DNA of 61,761 nt, filler included, from Choristocarpus tenellus KU-1152 (GCA_964200185.2; 9 parts of 9 records of this genome joined end to end with filler, not necessarily neighbours in it); one strand, 5' to 3'; positions 22,740-37,100 are shown, numbered from the whole stretch's first letter. Notes: generated from the letters alone by a model not told the origin. Numbers and translations are program-made.

Positions 22740-25369
22740 TCAGATAAGTAGGTTGAGAGTGATACCCAGAGCATGGAGTTATCAGATAGAGGGGAGGAAA
22801 AGACGGCTGAATCGGGGGCTGGAGAAGGACAGGGTGGGGACACCACTCCTATGAGTGCTGACGGTGATGAATGATGAACTTCCCCTCACAACATACAGAG
22901 GAACTGCAAGTCAGGTGTTGTGGCAGTGATAATATCTTTTTGCTTTCTACTCTGCTCCATGGTCGCTGCATATGCGCAAACTTCTTGTGTGATGTATGAT
23001 ATGTATGAGCGCGTTGTTGGTTTTTGTTGGGTAACCCACATGTTCGGAGTAAGGGTTTGAGTTAGGGTTAGAACCATGTGGTCTGGCTGATCTTTGATAC
23101 TCCAACATGTTAATTGGAGAGGGGGTCTTCGTGGGTGGGCTATTAGCAGCCCTAATTTTCTTAGTCAGGGGTGTTCATCATATTGTATATTTGCTTTTCT
23201 CGCACATGTGGGTAAAGCACTGAAAAAAATGTACTATGTTTTATATTAGAGTTTGAAACACGCTAATATATGAGGTTGTTCTATTGATACTGGCGCTATT
23301 TTTCTTATTTATTTCGTCTCCATGCTTCTACGCATCTCTTCCTTTCTTCGCATATTAACTTTTTTTCGCACCAAGGTCACTGGGAGCAACACTGTCTGAT
23401 TACTGCTCCTGTCATTCTTGTAGTACCTGTACTAGAATGGATAGTGCTACTCATCATTCACTCGTAGTGAGTGGTGGCGATAGTATCAACAGTGAGTAGT
23501 GGTGGTAGTGCTTCTTAATCATCACATAACTACGTAGCATGGTATAGTAGCACTCGTGGTGATGTTAGTGGTGATAACTCCAACCATAGTGAGCATTAGT
23601 ACTGGTATTTTTCGTTTGCATGGTTGCGCTATCTCTGCAGTAGTTCTAACCGTTATACTGGTGTTGGTAGTTTGCCCATCATTATACCAGCTAATCTCCT
23701 GTCAGCAGGGATTCATAGAAGACTCTTAAGCCACAATCGTTTTCGATTCCCTCCTAATCCTAACCCTTCCTCTTGCTGCCGAGTCGGTATCCTCTACCAG
23801 TCTTTGAAAATTGGTAGGTGTCGAACTCTACCCCAATAAGGAGGATCTACGGAGTTCACACATTCGTGCAATAAAGGGACAGATGGACAGAGTGGCAAGA
23901 GGTGTATGCGGGGTTGGCGGACTATCGGAGGGAACTGGATAGGTGCAGCACGTGCCCAAATCCTGCAGATAGATGCCAGTTGTTTGTGGATTCGACATTC
24001 TCTTGGGCACTCTCAGCGAGAACAAGGTTATACATAATAAAATCGACTCTGCTGCATATTTTACTGAGTCAAAGTAAACGAGAGGTACCAAGATTTTGGT
24101 CATTTTGCGTCTTAAGCAGTTCTCTTCATCTCTTGCAACTCACTCTTATTTCTATGGATGAAGTGATAATTAACTAAATAGCTTCAATTTTCCTATTTGC
24201 TTGACATTTTCAACAGAATTAAGAAAATTACCTTAAACACTTCATAAAAAGTCAGATTTTTGACTTTTTTGCCAGCATCCTCAAAATACAAACCTCGATA
24301 CCTCTCGGTTACTTTGCCTCACAGTCTGCCCTCCATTGATATTCCGCTAACCCTAAATCACATACTTCCTTGTGCTTTATCGCCTCTCATCCTCTTAACA
24401 GTCAACAAATCAATGTTGTGAACATCCGCTCCTTGTAGACACACCTACATGATTGTGTTTTGTGCACCTTTGTATCTCCATACAACATGATGCAAGCTTG
24501 CAGAGCTGCAGAATATACGTTGCGACTTGACTGACGCATTAGTTGGCTGTATTGTGGAAGGTGCAATTCCCAGTGTGACTGCTTTGGAAGGGTCGGATTC
24601 CGATTTCAATGAAAGTATGCGTCGAGAGGGCAAATTGCTTGTGGATTGGGATCTCAAGCATGACAGGCGGAAATCACTGTAGAGCAACATTCACCACCTC
24701 AATATCCTCATAAGGAATATGAAGAAGATAGGACTTGATCCTAAGTTGTCAAGGTGGAGGCGCTGGGAGTTGTGGCAACTATGCTACAACTAAACGTTGT
24801 TGTCTGTGTGGACAATGATGTTCAACAGGATGATGGGCAGCACCTTTACCTCAGGGTGCATCTTGTTGATCAATCTGGGCGAGTATAGTACATGCACCAG
24901 AGCACTATCCACTTACCGTATTTTCTGCCCCAACTTAAGGACATGTGGTGGAGGTTTCGCCGACTGTTCAGGAAATAATTCTGGTCTCTTTGATTTGCTA
25001 GACTCAGAAGTAAGTTGTCGAGGCATGTCAACGATGAGAATGGTGGAGTAATGTTTAGAATAATGATGGAGTATTTTTGCGCTTCTTTGCGTTACAGAGA
25101 ACGTGTGTGTGTGTGTGTGTGTGCGTTGTCTGTATAACAGCCGATTTCAAAAATTGAGGATGGAGCTTTTCATTGAGGATGGGCTTGACCCAAAATTGAC
25201 TGGGATAAAGTGTCGATATGTTTTTTTTTGTATTGTTGTATGTCGGTACCTTCAATGTTGCATGCAAAATGTTTCTTGTCGTGCGTGTTTAATGATTATG
25301 AGCTAAAGTAAGCAAGAGGTGTCCAGGTTTTGACAGTTTTGCATTTTAAGTCTGTTTTTTAATCTTTTA

Positions 25370-25760
25370 CTATTTACTATCGTGAGACAGGGTACAATCA
25401 ATCGTGGGGGGTGTTCAGAATCATCAATTGTGTCACGGCTGGGTGCTTTCAACAAACCCAAGGTTCTCTCAACCATCAAACGATAGAATGGAATCTCAGA
25501 TCCGATGGGTGACGTCATATCTTTTGTGATTGTCAAGAGCAAGTGGTCTGAGAATTGTCAAGAATTATCTGTGTTTGATGTTGGTGGGAATGATAAAGAA
25601 ATGCGCGCGTAAAGCACTTGCGTGTGCGCGAGGATGTGGACTGCACTTAGATCACCTAAAAAAAAGGACCTCTTCGTCACATAACCAATATTTCTAGAGA
25701 TGAAGTTCCAAGTTGACTTTAGATCGTTTATTTTTCTGTTGTTGGTAACTTTTCGACGCA
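25370..25760 (-). repeat. Inverted fragment of the Gypsy LTR at 11463-12359
   Basis: The reverse complement aligns with ~11520-11910 (e.g. CCCACCAACATCAAACAC, CTGAACACCCCCCACGA). Confidence 0.8.
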
Positions 25761-26384
25761 ATTCAAATAATATCCAATATATAGTGTCTGTGTACTTATA
25801 TTAGAGAAGGTAGGGAGAAGCGAAAACCCCCCCTCTCTTATATGCGGATCCTCTCTTTTTGTATATAAGAGTGCTTTTCTCTTAAACCGAGGGATCGTGA
25901 TGAGAGAAACCTATGCTATATCGACCAAAAGTGGTCCTCGGCACTTTATACTTGCCCCCGAAGGATGACAGAGCGACGCCCTTGCTGTATGTGCTTCCCC
26001 TGTGCTCCAAGAGTAGTTATTTGTAGATATGTACTGAGCATTGCCCTCGGTGAAACCATTTCGATGGAGCTGTGGTGGTGCAGCAAGCACCACATCTACA
26101 CGACCCCTTCACAGTATACCAGTGTCATATGTATACGGTACTGTAACTTGGGTAAAATTACACTCATTACGACGTATTCGCTCATATGTATAGTACACCT
26201 TCCCAAGAAAAGCATCCGCAAGCCGTTTGATGGCTGGGCAGACGACTCGCAGTTCAAGTCAAATCTCAACGTTCAAAGCCAATTTCCCTCCAATGCCCCG
26301 CGCTATGTATTCAATTGCACTCTACAAGGATATTATACAGAACAATATCAAAAACACCAACGTGGATCAAATGTAGCTGCACCA

Positions 26385-27435
26385 CTATGCACCTCGCATC
26401 GCACGCACTGAGTAAAACAACTTATTCGCTGATAAAAAAATCGCGAATGCCAAAAAATCTTGAATTTCCACTTGCTTGATTGCCCTTGCCCCAATTGCAT
26501 TGAGAAAAGCCAGCTTTGCTTTCTGGGGATCGTTCGAAAAATCGTTCATACTGCACTCTTCGGCGGTTGTTTCTAAGCTTGTAAGCTCGTCAGCTACTTG
26601 AGAGTACGACGGTGGAGGAATCCAGAACACCGAAGAGGCTGCTCTTTTCTTCATGACCCCCGATGCGCTGCCCCCTCCCACAAACCCATCGTCATTATTG
26701 TCACCCAAGCTTTCATTGTCTGACTGGTATAAGAACTTCTCGAGTGGCTGGTCTTTCATGTCCTCTAGTATCGCATTGGCCACTTCATCGTCATCTTTAA
26801 TACCAATCCACACTCTCGCTGTGTCGATGGAAGCCTGAAATATTTTCTGCCGGGTTTAAGGTGCAGAGCGTCAAGAACATTAGAGAGATCCTCATTAATA
26901 TACAGGGACACCTTGTGGGTCGTACCTCTATGAATAAAATGTCCACTCGTGATACTATAGTAAATAGTATAGACATTACAGTGCAACAGAAATACGCGCA
27001 AAATTTCAAAAAATTCAATCACGATCTTCATGAGCAGACAGTGCAGAAAGACAATTCAATTACGATCACAATCAACCTATTTTCAGACCTTCAATCCACG
27101 CGCCGATGCACCTCGACATGTTTGGCACCCCTCATAGACTTGGCATCAGCCTTCAGTGTCTGTGCTTTCGCCATGATGGCTATTGCCTCCTTCAAATAGT
27201 AGAGGATGCTGTGATCGATTCCAAAATTTGGAGCAACCACAGTTCCCGTCATCATCTTCAGGAGTTTCAACGCTTCTACCTTCTCTGCAAAGCTCAAACG
27301 TTTATGATTGTCGGTACCGCAAGGCTTGTAGGGAGATACTTTCTCAGTAGAAATATTTGGTAGCACATTTCCCTTGCCCTCGTTCTTGATATCGTGGTGC
27401 TTCGACGCCATGTTGTCACCAGCTGGAGGACTCAA
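26385..27435 (-). pseudogene. pogo/Tigger-like transposase remnant (CENP-B-type HTH plus acidic C-terminus; DDE domain apparently missing)
   Basis: HKRLSFAEKVEALKLLK...VAPNFGIDHSILYYLK...KSMRGAKHVEV resembles the CENP-B/psq HTH. The downstream ORF with an acidic tract ending KQVEIQDFL resembles pogo C-termini. Confidence 0.62.
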
Positions 27436-29149
27436 AGCCTCGCCTCATGCAAATCTGGACACATTTTCTTTCACGCTATGATAATGGTCAGAGGGCATAA
27501 TAATATAACAATGGATGTATGTGGGAGTGGAGCATGTAGCACTACTACTACTGCTGTACTATTGTACTACGCGAAATAGTTACATCAAATATACTGATGT
27601 GCTCCATGTAGTCTACACTTTCTGTGTATATGTTCTATGTATTATTGTATCCAAAACGTATGATACGTATTATTTGAATTTTTGTGTGGTATGTCCCATA
27701 CAGTTCCACTTATTTTATATACTAATACCACCACCTATTTACGCATTCTTCATCGATTTGTGTTGTAAAACGTATGATAATGATGTCCGGGAAGCATCGA
27801 TGATCAGCCTTTTTCATAATAGTGACTGTTGTTCCTGGATCTGACGCCTCCTCCTCTTTCATTCCTCCATCACCAATCTACTATTTTTTTGTCCCTATGG
27901 GTATCATTTATTGTAGCTATTTGTTCCTGTAGTTGTAGGTAGTAATAGCAAACTATCTGTTACTACGTTTCACAATCGCAGGCAAAGGCATAGAAAACAT
28001 TAAGTTACCACACATTAGATAATGTCTGAAAAGTATTTCCCCAAATTTAGAGGATTGCACGGAGACGAGGTGAAATATTTGATTCACTCAAGAACAAATT
28101 TGCACACAACAAAACAAATATCGTCACAGAGGGGGATACTTTTAGGTATGCGTCTTCTTGCATTTCGTTATCACCCTTGATTTTTTCAGTCAAACATATT
28201 CTTTGGCTTTTTGCTGTCATAATGTGTCTTCATGTCATGATGAGAAGGCAACATGGTTTCAATCCCTTACTTACCAAACTCCTCACACACTACACAAGAT
28301 GGTCCTTTCTATCGACCTTAAGTGGAAAGAAAGGGCGCAGATACAACACGTTCAACCTCATCCCAACAAATTTTTAACCACTGAGAAACTGCACTATGGA
28401 TAAGAAACATCCAATTTTGGTCGGACCAATGGTCTAAAAAAATTGATTAAGAGGAAATCCTACTTTGTGTTTCAAAAATGAATCAATTAATATTATTCTG
28501 TGTTGTTCATATGTTCATATCGTCAATTCACAATTTTTTAAAAAGGGTGGTGAATCTTCTCTACCCCTACAATATGTGATTAGTTTAGGTGATTGGTATA
28601 ATAATTTGCCACTTCCGCATTCCAACATCATGTCTTATACGTATTATTGTTTTATTATTATGCCCTCTGACATTTTGCAGATGTGTCAGGGGGGAAACCA
28701 ATGAAAACTATACATATGTCGTTATTAACCCTAAAGAAATAAAATATCCTAAACGTAAGAACACTATAAAACATTGTATGTGTGGAAACCACTAATCTAT
28801 CAGTTACTTCACCACTATCAAATAATATTGTACTACTACTGTCTTCCTTAGCTTCCCATCTACCAACTCCTGTGCCCCCGGGGGGGGAGCTACGGAGGCA
28901 TCCCAAGAATCCAACAGACCCCTCCGTGCCATCCCTGGTGACTCTAGTTTGAAGTGCATGACACGTCGAGATAATGCCACTTGCGTAGTGACCGAAACAA
29001 TTTGGCGTAGCCTGGATTTAACTACTCCTTTCCTGCCATATCCTCCCGCNNNNNNNNNNNNNNNNNNNNNNNNNNNNNNNNNNNNNNNNNNNNTTAATTA
29101 ATTAANNNNNNNNNNNNNNNNNNNNNNNNNNNNNNNNNNNNNNNNNNNN

Positions 29150-29211
29150 GTCAAACTCATCCTCCATAGCATGCTCCATCCTCAATTTTGGTGATCGGCT
29201 GTTTTTTGGAA
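29150..29211. repeat. End of another dispersed repeat (copies 25137-25200 inverted, 31752-31821)
   Basis: GCTCCATCCTCAATTTT...CTGT is shared by all three sites. Confidence 0.65.
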
Positions 29212-29212
29212 A

Positions 29213-31594
29213 AAAGGTTGGAATCCCACAGATAGATAAACTTCAACAGGTAGTAGAAAGGGGAGTACCAGTGTGCATTGAAGGAACAGGCAGAGTTGAG
29301 GAGAGATTAGAATATGGGAACCACAAGAGTGCAAGAAGCAGAAATAGGGTCCTTCTAGAAAAGGTAGTGAGTGACATGACCCAGGGTAGAGCATTAGTGT
29401 TTCCAAAAGGGATGTGGGGGAAGATTCCAGGATTGCAGGTGTCCCCAGTTGGAGTAATCCAAGAACCTACGAAAGTAACGATCATTCATGATTTGTCGTG
29501 TGAACAAGAGAGTTGGGGGACGAGTGTGAATGAAAAAACAGATATGGCTGACGCCCCCCCGGTACATTGTGGGACAGTTCTAGAAGACGTGATTAGGAGG
29601 ATTGTAGGACTTAAGGAAGAAGTTCCCTCAGGCGAGAATTATGATTGGTAAGATGGATGTTAAGGATGCATTTCGCCAGGTACCAGTAGAACCCCAGGGG
29701 GCAGCAAAGTTTGGATATTGTGTGGGAGATTTGTTGATCGACTTTAGACTCCAATTTGGGTGGAGGAATAGCCCTGGGTGGTGGGATTTATTGGCAAGTG
29801 CCCTAGAATTTTCACACTGTCATATAGACCCCAAGTCCACAGTAGTCCTCAAAGAAGCAGAAAGGAATGCGGTAGGAGTAACACACTCACAGCAGGAGGG
29901 CAAGAGGGAGGTTAGTGCCATAGATGAGACGTGGAACGTGCAGGAGGTAGAAGTGGGGGGAATAGAGGACCCTTTTTTTGCCAGAATGTATATAGATGAT
30001 AGCATCTTGGTAGAGTCCCAATGGTTTGAAGATAGGCGGAGACTGAAGCTAGCAACAAACTCCTTAGTCTCCGATCACGTACGATTGCTAGGCCAGAGAG
30101 GCGTAGATGAGCCCCCCATTTTGTCAGCAAAAAAATGACAGACTGGCACACTACACAGATAGTAGTAGGATGGAGAATAGACATAAAAAAGATTACTATC
30201 GCCTTACCAGATGGAAAGTTGAAGGGGTTGAAGTTGTTGTTAGGGGAGTGGCCAGAGTCAAAGTCGGTAGTCAGGGTGAGGGAGGTATGGGTGCTGTTGG
30301 GCCGATTGTTCAAAATGTCATACGTCATACCCCCAGGGAGATGTTTCCTTTGGCGGCAGGTACAACTGTCGGGGTTGCACCAGAAGGGGGGTTGGTTGAG
30401 AAGGATAGGAAGGGGGGGGGGCAGGGTGAACAAGGGGAAGGCTTAAAGGAAGGAGATAGGGAGATTAGGATAGGGATATAATTTAAGGAAGACTTGTATT
30501 GGTGGAGGTGGGTGGTAGAACATGGGATGGCAGAGGAGGGAGAAAACCTGAGTTCCCCATTCTTGGGGTTTGTGTCAAGGCCCCCAAGGACGAAATGGTA
30601 TTCAGATGCGTGTTTTTCAGCAGTAGGAGGGTACAATGTAGAGACGGGTAAGTGGTGGAGGTATGACTTTCCAGAACATGTGAAGAGTGTTATTACACGT
30701 AGTGTGATTAAGGGAGAAGAAGGGAGCATATCAATCAATGTCTTAGAGTTACTAGGAGTGGTAATGAATGCATGGATACTGGTCATGAAGGTAAAAGGGA
30801 AGGCAGGGAAGAAGGGAGATTCAGTGTTGCTTAGAGGGGACAACTACTCTACGGTGCATTGGTTTCGTAAGTGTGGGGGGGCGAAGGATAGAAGGGCGGG
30901 GGGATTGATGAGAATAATGGGGATGTTGGACATAGCAGGGGAATGGTCATTCGCCGCGGAACCCGTTTCAGGGAGACAGAATGACTTAGCAGATGGTATA
31001 TCGACGTGGAAGAGGGACGAGATTCAAGCTAACCTTCGACTTGTTTGCCCACGCATTGACTGGCAGGAACAGCCCCTGGGTCGGGAAGGGAAGACAGTGT
31101 GTTAGAGTGTTTTGCAGCATTGTACGCCAAGGGATCGGTTGCGCCATCTACTCAGAAGTGTTTATGAGGCAGCTTGGGACCAATGGTCTGAGTTCCGTAC
31201 ATATAGAGAGGATCGAGTAGGTGGTTAAACCCTGGGAGTCGAGAAATAGATGTAGTGAAGGCCCTAGAAGAGTTTATGTGTTTCTGTTGCGGAAGTAGAG
31301 GGAACCAAGTAAGTACAGTTAGGGGTAAGATAGCAGCAATCCAATACTACCTACCATAAACATTTAATAAACTTCCAACTCCTCACACAACATTTCGTGA
31401 TCCAATCAGTGCTCAAAGGAATAGGGAGGAGCCATACAAAAGTAGGGAGCGAGCCCAGGAAGAGGAGACCCCTAACATGGAGAATGATTGTAGAGACAAA
31501 GCAATGCACTGAAATGCTAGGTAAGGAAGGTAAATTGACAAGGCTAGGTTTGGGTTTCTCGTTCTTCTTTCTAGCCAGAGCTTCAGAATTGTGG
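29213..31594 (+). mobile_element. DIRS/Ngaro-like tyrosine-recombinase retrotransposon (RT, RNase H, YR), frameshifted and truncated
   Basis: RT motifs VSPVGVI..TKVTIIHDLS, KMDVKDAFRQVPV, LQFGWRNSP and YIDD. DIRS-type RNase H WYSDAC..INVLEL..RGDN..QNDLADGIS. YR N-terminus ST..YEAAWDQW, VRGKIAAIQYY, RRPLT and box I FFFLARASEL. Confidence 0.88.
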
Positions 31595-31651
31595 TGTTAC
31601 AGGCGCCCCTCAATGCTCACCTTCCAGGATGTACAACTCAAATCCAACGAC
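31595..31651. mobile_element. Start of an LTR (same family as 21932-22382) inserted in the YR gene
   Basis: TGTTACAGGCGCCCCTCAATGCTCACCTTCCAGGATGTACAACTCAAATCCAA matches 21932-21984. Confidence 0.78.
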
Positions 31652-32997
31652 NNNNNNNNNNNNNNNNNNNNNNNNNNNNNNNNNNNNNNNNNNNNTTAAT
31701 TAATTAANNNNNNNNNNNNNNNNNNNNNNNNNNNNNNNNNNNNNNNNNNNNTTAAGACCGTTTTCGCAAAACAACCATCCTCATAGTCCCGCTCCATCCT
31801 CAATTTTGCGAATCCACTGTTAAATGTATATAATACATTCAAAACAGTAAAAAAAATAGCGTTATGAATTATTTGTTTTTATGGGGTCTTTCTCTGTGGG
31901 ACAAGGGTATGAAGATATGGATCTTTGTTTCCATGGTTGTAGGCCCCACAAGTCCACTAAACCTTTTTTTATTGTAGGATATCCTGGACAGATTTGTGAG
32001 ATTCCTCCTTTCATTCTTACCCATCTTTCTTTGTACAGTCAGTTTCGGGATTACTTTCTGTTATTTTATTGTCTATTGTTTTACATACACAACCTCTATC
32101 ATTGTTATTAGTGATATAGTAGTGTTTTGTGTTGGTTGTAGTTGTTGTAGTGTTGAAATGGTATTTTCTCTTCTCAAATCTCTATTGTACGATTGTGTTT
32201 TGTTGCCTTCTCTCCCCTTAGTATTATTTCTTGTTTTTCTACAGTTAATTCATGCAACATATTTGCATGGTACAACAACGTATATATACTTTCTTAGGAA
32301 TTTTTCTGACATGTGAATAGTTTCGATTGAGTTTCCCCTGATACATCTGGAAAATACCAGGTGGAAAAATAATAAAACATGTATCAAAATAGAGGAATAC
32401 TATCTATATATGCATTCAACATGTAAATTAAATATTTTGTGGACATGTACCTGTTCAATACCTAGTGGACACCGACCGATAATATCGGGACCAGTGCGAC
32501 TGGTGGAAGGGACTATTTTCGTTTGCTGGCCTGGTGAAACATCCTGAATACACTACTGCGTCCATCACCCATGACTTCCTACCCCTTGTCGAGCCCATAT
32601 TTTATCCTTTTCTTTTCTGTGTTCACTGTCACTCTCACAAAACACAGACTCGCATAAAAAACTATTCCTTTTAATTAGCTATGGATGTTAAGTTATGCTT
32701 TTATGAACGTACCTCCAATGTGGCACGTGCATTATGAAGTATTCGGTTGGGTTTACAGGGCTGGGTGGGTCGAAGTTAGTTGTGGTTAGATTATGTGATC
32801 AACAAAAGGTATAGTGTAATACTGAAGTTGCTGAAATGTCTTCATCCTCGCATGTGTTTTTGATCTAGGGTCATTGAACTGGGATAATCCCTACAGTTTT
32901 AGAATGCACAGGGTTAATTGTACTAAGCCGAAAATGACACTCTCCAGAAGTTCAACATTCGACGCTTGAACCATTTGTTTACCAGATATGTAATCAG

Positions 32998-33218
32998 TTA
33001 TCTTGCTTCTCGTGCTTTGGGTTTAGCAATACATCCCACTACTCATCACTGTCTCCTCCCATGAATCTTGTGCTCGACCCTCCTCGATCTTCCCACCCCA
33101 ATCTTGGTCCAGTATTTTCGCGGTGTATATCAACAGACTGGATAGTTCAGGTGTTCAACCCGTTATGGTTGCCACACAGAAGTGGATACAGCCTCCTTAA
33201 CCACTGAGCCACGAGGAC
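32998..33218 (-). mobile_element. tRNA-derived SINE-like element
   Basis: The minus strand reads GTCCTCG-TGGCTCAGTGG (A box)...GGTTGAACACC (B-box-like). The body CGAAAATACTGGACCAAGAT...CACGAGAAGCAAG is shared with 50514-50645 and 51920-51940. Confidence 0.6.
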
Positions 33219-34105
33219 ACTAATTAACAGTCTGCGTCGCCACTAGGGGATTGAATGTGCGTACTCTATGAGGAAACTACATGGTAGATTGTGAGCAGAT
33301 GAAGAGATTCTCGCCGGCTTCTTCTGTGAGCATTAGACCTCTATTCACTTTTTTATACTCTAACGTTTAACATCCAAGGTTGTCAATGCTGTTTTGATTT
33401 CATTCTGTAGCAAGACTACAGTTTTGGAAGGACAAAACAGATATACTTGTGAACAGAGAGAGGTTTATGATCTACGGTTTCAAAAATTGGTTCAAGCATT
33501 GCTGGTAGTGGCATTTGATCCTCTGGATCATATCACATACCTGTGCATGAACCACAAGAAGCGAAGCCCCGAGAAAATAAAAAATAGGTCCCTTGGCAGG
33601 TGAGGGGCTCCGCCAAAGAGTTTATTTCGTTAAGGCTAACACGGTACATGTGTGGAATGATTGAAAAATCGGTAAAAAAAATCGTTACAATATAATCGTG
33701 ACTATTCAGATGTGGTATATTATGAGCAGCACCAGTTCTAACCCTACGGAAAAAATGTTGAGGGTATGGGTTGTCAAGGACGTACATATGTGAAACAGTT
33801 GAGAGGAGATTCAAGGAACAGATTGGACCATGTACCAACCGCCCTTAACATATGTTTCACAAGGCACATATAGGTGCATATATCGGTGTGGTCATGCATT
33901 GTTTTCTATCAACTTGTCTGCCTTCCTGCTCGTCAAAAGGCACACAGGTTTCAATTTGTGGATCATGCGACAACCTGTGCCCTAGTTCATAATCATACAA
34001 CATTCATCTACAGACCGTTATTTGTTATGTATCACCACCATAGAGGATTTACCGCAATTCTTCATTAAGTTGGATCACCCTATAGATCAATGCACTATAT
34101 ATTAA

Positions 34106-37100
34106 TTAATGCACAACATCATGGAGTTCTCTCAGAAATGTGACCCCTGCCAACTCTTCCCCTGGGTGGACCCCACCAAACACATAGATCTCTCTGTCAC
34201 TGATAGCGCAGATGGCATGGGCAAACCTCCCAATTGGGACAGGGCTAATATCAACAGTGCTCCATTCTCGCCTTCGTGCATCATACAAAAATAGGTCGCC
34301 AGCAATGGTTACATCCCTGAAACGGCACACACAGTAGTCAAGAAACGAAGGTCAGATAAGCACTTCTAGTAATAATATGCTCTTGTAAGCACCCACTTCA
34401 ATGAACTTTGTCAAGATTGCAAAAAATCGACATAAGGATATGCTTCAACACATGGGTTCTAAATCAGATTGTGTAAACCAAATTTCGCTAAATGACATAA
34501 CATTGCAGTAGAAGTACATTGGCAACGCATGCAGGAAACAGTGCACGGCTAAATGGGATACTGGTGTGGGTCACAAGCATGATATAGGAGGGTTGTATCT
34601 GGACATCAAGTCGTGACCATGACAGAAAAGATATGAGTGTTCATTTTTAGACTGATAGTGTCATGACAGATTGGGAATGTAAAATAACTGGAATTTAAAT
34701 AAAACGAGACTTCCCACCTCTTAATGACGTCTCACTTAATCGCTCTACCTGTAATCCTTCCATCTAACAACCCTTCAACACTGAGCATTCAAAACTTCTA
34801 TATCGGGTCCTCATTCGCAGTATCCTAGTATCCTGGAGGGGGGTGGCATTGACTGTAAGGGGTCTTAGTTAGTAACTGCAATCTGCTACATGCGGTCCTA
34901 TCACTATGAAAGTCAACATCACAATTACGTGGACAAATACTTGTCTCCTCTTCTGCAGCCACAACCTTCTGATGGGGGTTAGCTACATTCCAGGCATGGG
35001 AATTAGGGTATAAACCAGAAGAGGTTAGAAGCCCCTTAAACTCAAAAGCAACTAAATTAACCACACCCATCTCCTGGAATCTACCATTATCTGATCAAAC
35101 CAGTAGTGTTGTTCCCTCCTCCATAGCACATCGTCAACCTTACGTATCAAGCACGGGACAATTACTCACCCATCCCAGCCACCAAAAACTGCCATGATGG
35201 AGGTGTTTTCAAGAAAGCAAGCACTGTGTGCACAGCGCTTGACAGGGGCATCTGGCAAACGGCACCACTCCCAAGAACCTGGGGCAATAGGAAAGATAAT
35301 AAGGAAAAAGGTTGTGTGCGTGTTATCACTTGACAAGGGGGAAGTACTCCCACGTTGCTACATATATACACAGGCCATTTTGAATCGTCAATCTTTCATT
35401 GTACAAAATTTGATATTATGGGAACCCCACGGGCATCTTTTTGAAAGTCTTGGAATAACACTTCCCCTTACCACCTCTAGAGCTCTGCAGCATGGTACCA
35501 CCGAACACATCCGCAACTTGTGCTCAAAATGTAAACAGCAGAACTATAATGCGCCAGTACTGTACGAGAAAGAACTATTTGGTGAAAGCTTCGCACTGTT
35601 GTCAACTTGCACCAACAGCCCCGTACCACCAGACCAAGATGGAAAAAAATTACACTATTCTACTCTTCAAGCAGAAGCCTTCACTCACACAGGTTAAGGG
35701 AGAAGAGGCTTTGCTCCACACCTCCTGCAGTGCGACCCCCCATCATAAGTACAGAAGGCGATTTGTTGGATGCCCCCTCTACTTCCTGCAAAGTGGGCCA
35801 TAGACAAGCAGTGTGCATCTCTCGAGGCAGGGGAAGCTCAACATGGTCACGTCCCACTTCCTTACATCCATCTCCTTTTTTGGCGCTGCAATCTACAGCA
35901 TGGAATTGCAAGTTGTCCCGATCTGCAAGATCAATCAAGAACACATCCATGGTTTGACCCTCTGGCGAGGCACCCCCAATGATGACCATCTTGTTTTTGT
36001 GCACTATAGCAGCATGAGAGTTCCTCGGTGGAGCACCCTTGCATGCAAGAGCGGTCCACGCCATTGAATCTGGGAACAAAGGAACGGCGACAATATTATA
36101 CACAACTGCAAGATTTCATTCAAGGGATGAGGTACCATTGTTGACATTACATCATCTTGTAAGGATGTGGAAGAAAATGAATACAAATAACATCATCACA
36201 TCCAAAAAGGTGAAAACATTTCAAGGTCTGATCTGATTGTATGCATGTACAGCCTATGAGTAGAGTTTGTCTAGCAACAAAAGACGTGATAAACATGAGC
36301 TGTGACTTCTGCAGGTACCAACCTACATGGCAACTAAATTCATCAAGTACTCCAAAATACAGTAGCACACCTGATCTGAACTCAAAAAGGTTGTTAGATG
36401 TGGTGTTTGTCTCCCCATTCATGCCTCCATACACCAGCAGGGATTGCCCCCAAAGCACAGCAGAATGACCGCTTCGTGGAGACGGTTGCATGCCCTTAGT
36501 TGAGGGCTATCACAATCGCATAGAGCAAAAGTGTTGTCACATGCAGTGGAAGCAGGAGACAAATGATGATCAGGAGGCAAATCTGAAACTTCGATGCCCT
36601 CTTCGTTTTATTCTCGAGAAAAGCATGGTCAATATCAAAGTTTTCCGGCTCATGTAGTCTTGGCCACACCATTCAAAAGAGCTTACAAGAGGCTTATGAA
36701 GGCCCCTTCTTGAGGGGCAACGCCCACTCATCTCTGGACGATGCGTGCACTCCGTATGGACAAGGTCGAAGGAATTGACGCCATACCTTCTCCCACGTTG
36801 TTGTGGTCGTGTTAAAACAGTATACATCGTCGAAATGGTCTTGATTCATGTTTGCACCCCCAAAAAGAACCAGTCTTGATCCAACCTACCATGAAACACA
36901 GGGATTGATAAAGCTTCAGTGTGGAAACTGGGGCTTGTGGAAGTATTGGGGTAAAGAAGAGGTAACATAAAACTTCACTTCTGGCAGCCATAGTTACCTT
37001 TGTCCAAGAACTTCCTCCCCTCGGCGATGGAGCATGCTCAGACGCAGACGGAGCTTGTGTAGTGAACGTCCACTCATTCCTAGATGTCTCGTACACTTGA

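Noticed and set aside
25140-25215. Apparent exon RFQKLRMELFIEDGLDPKL
   Set aside because: The sequence matches the dispersed repeat end at 29150-29211 and 31752-31821.
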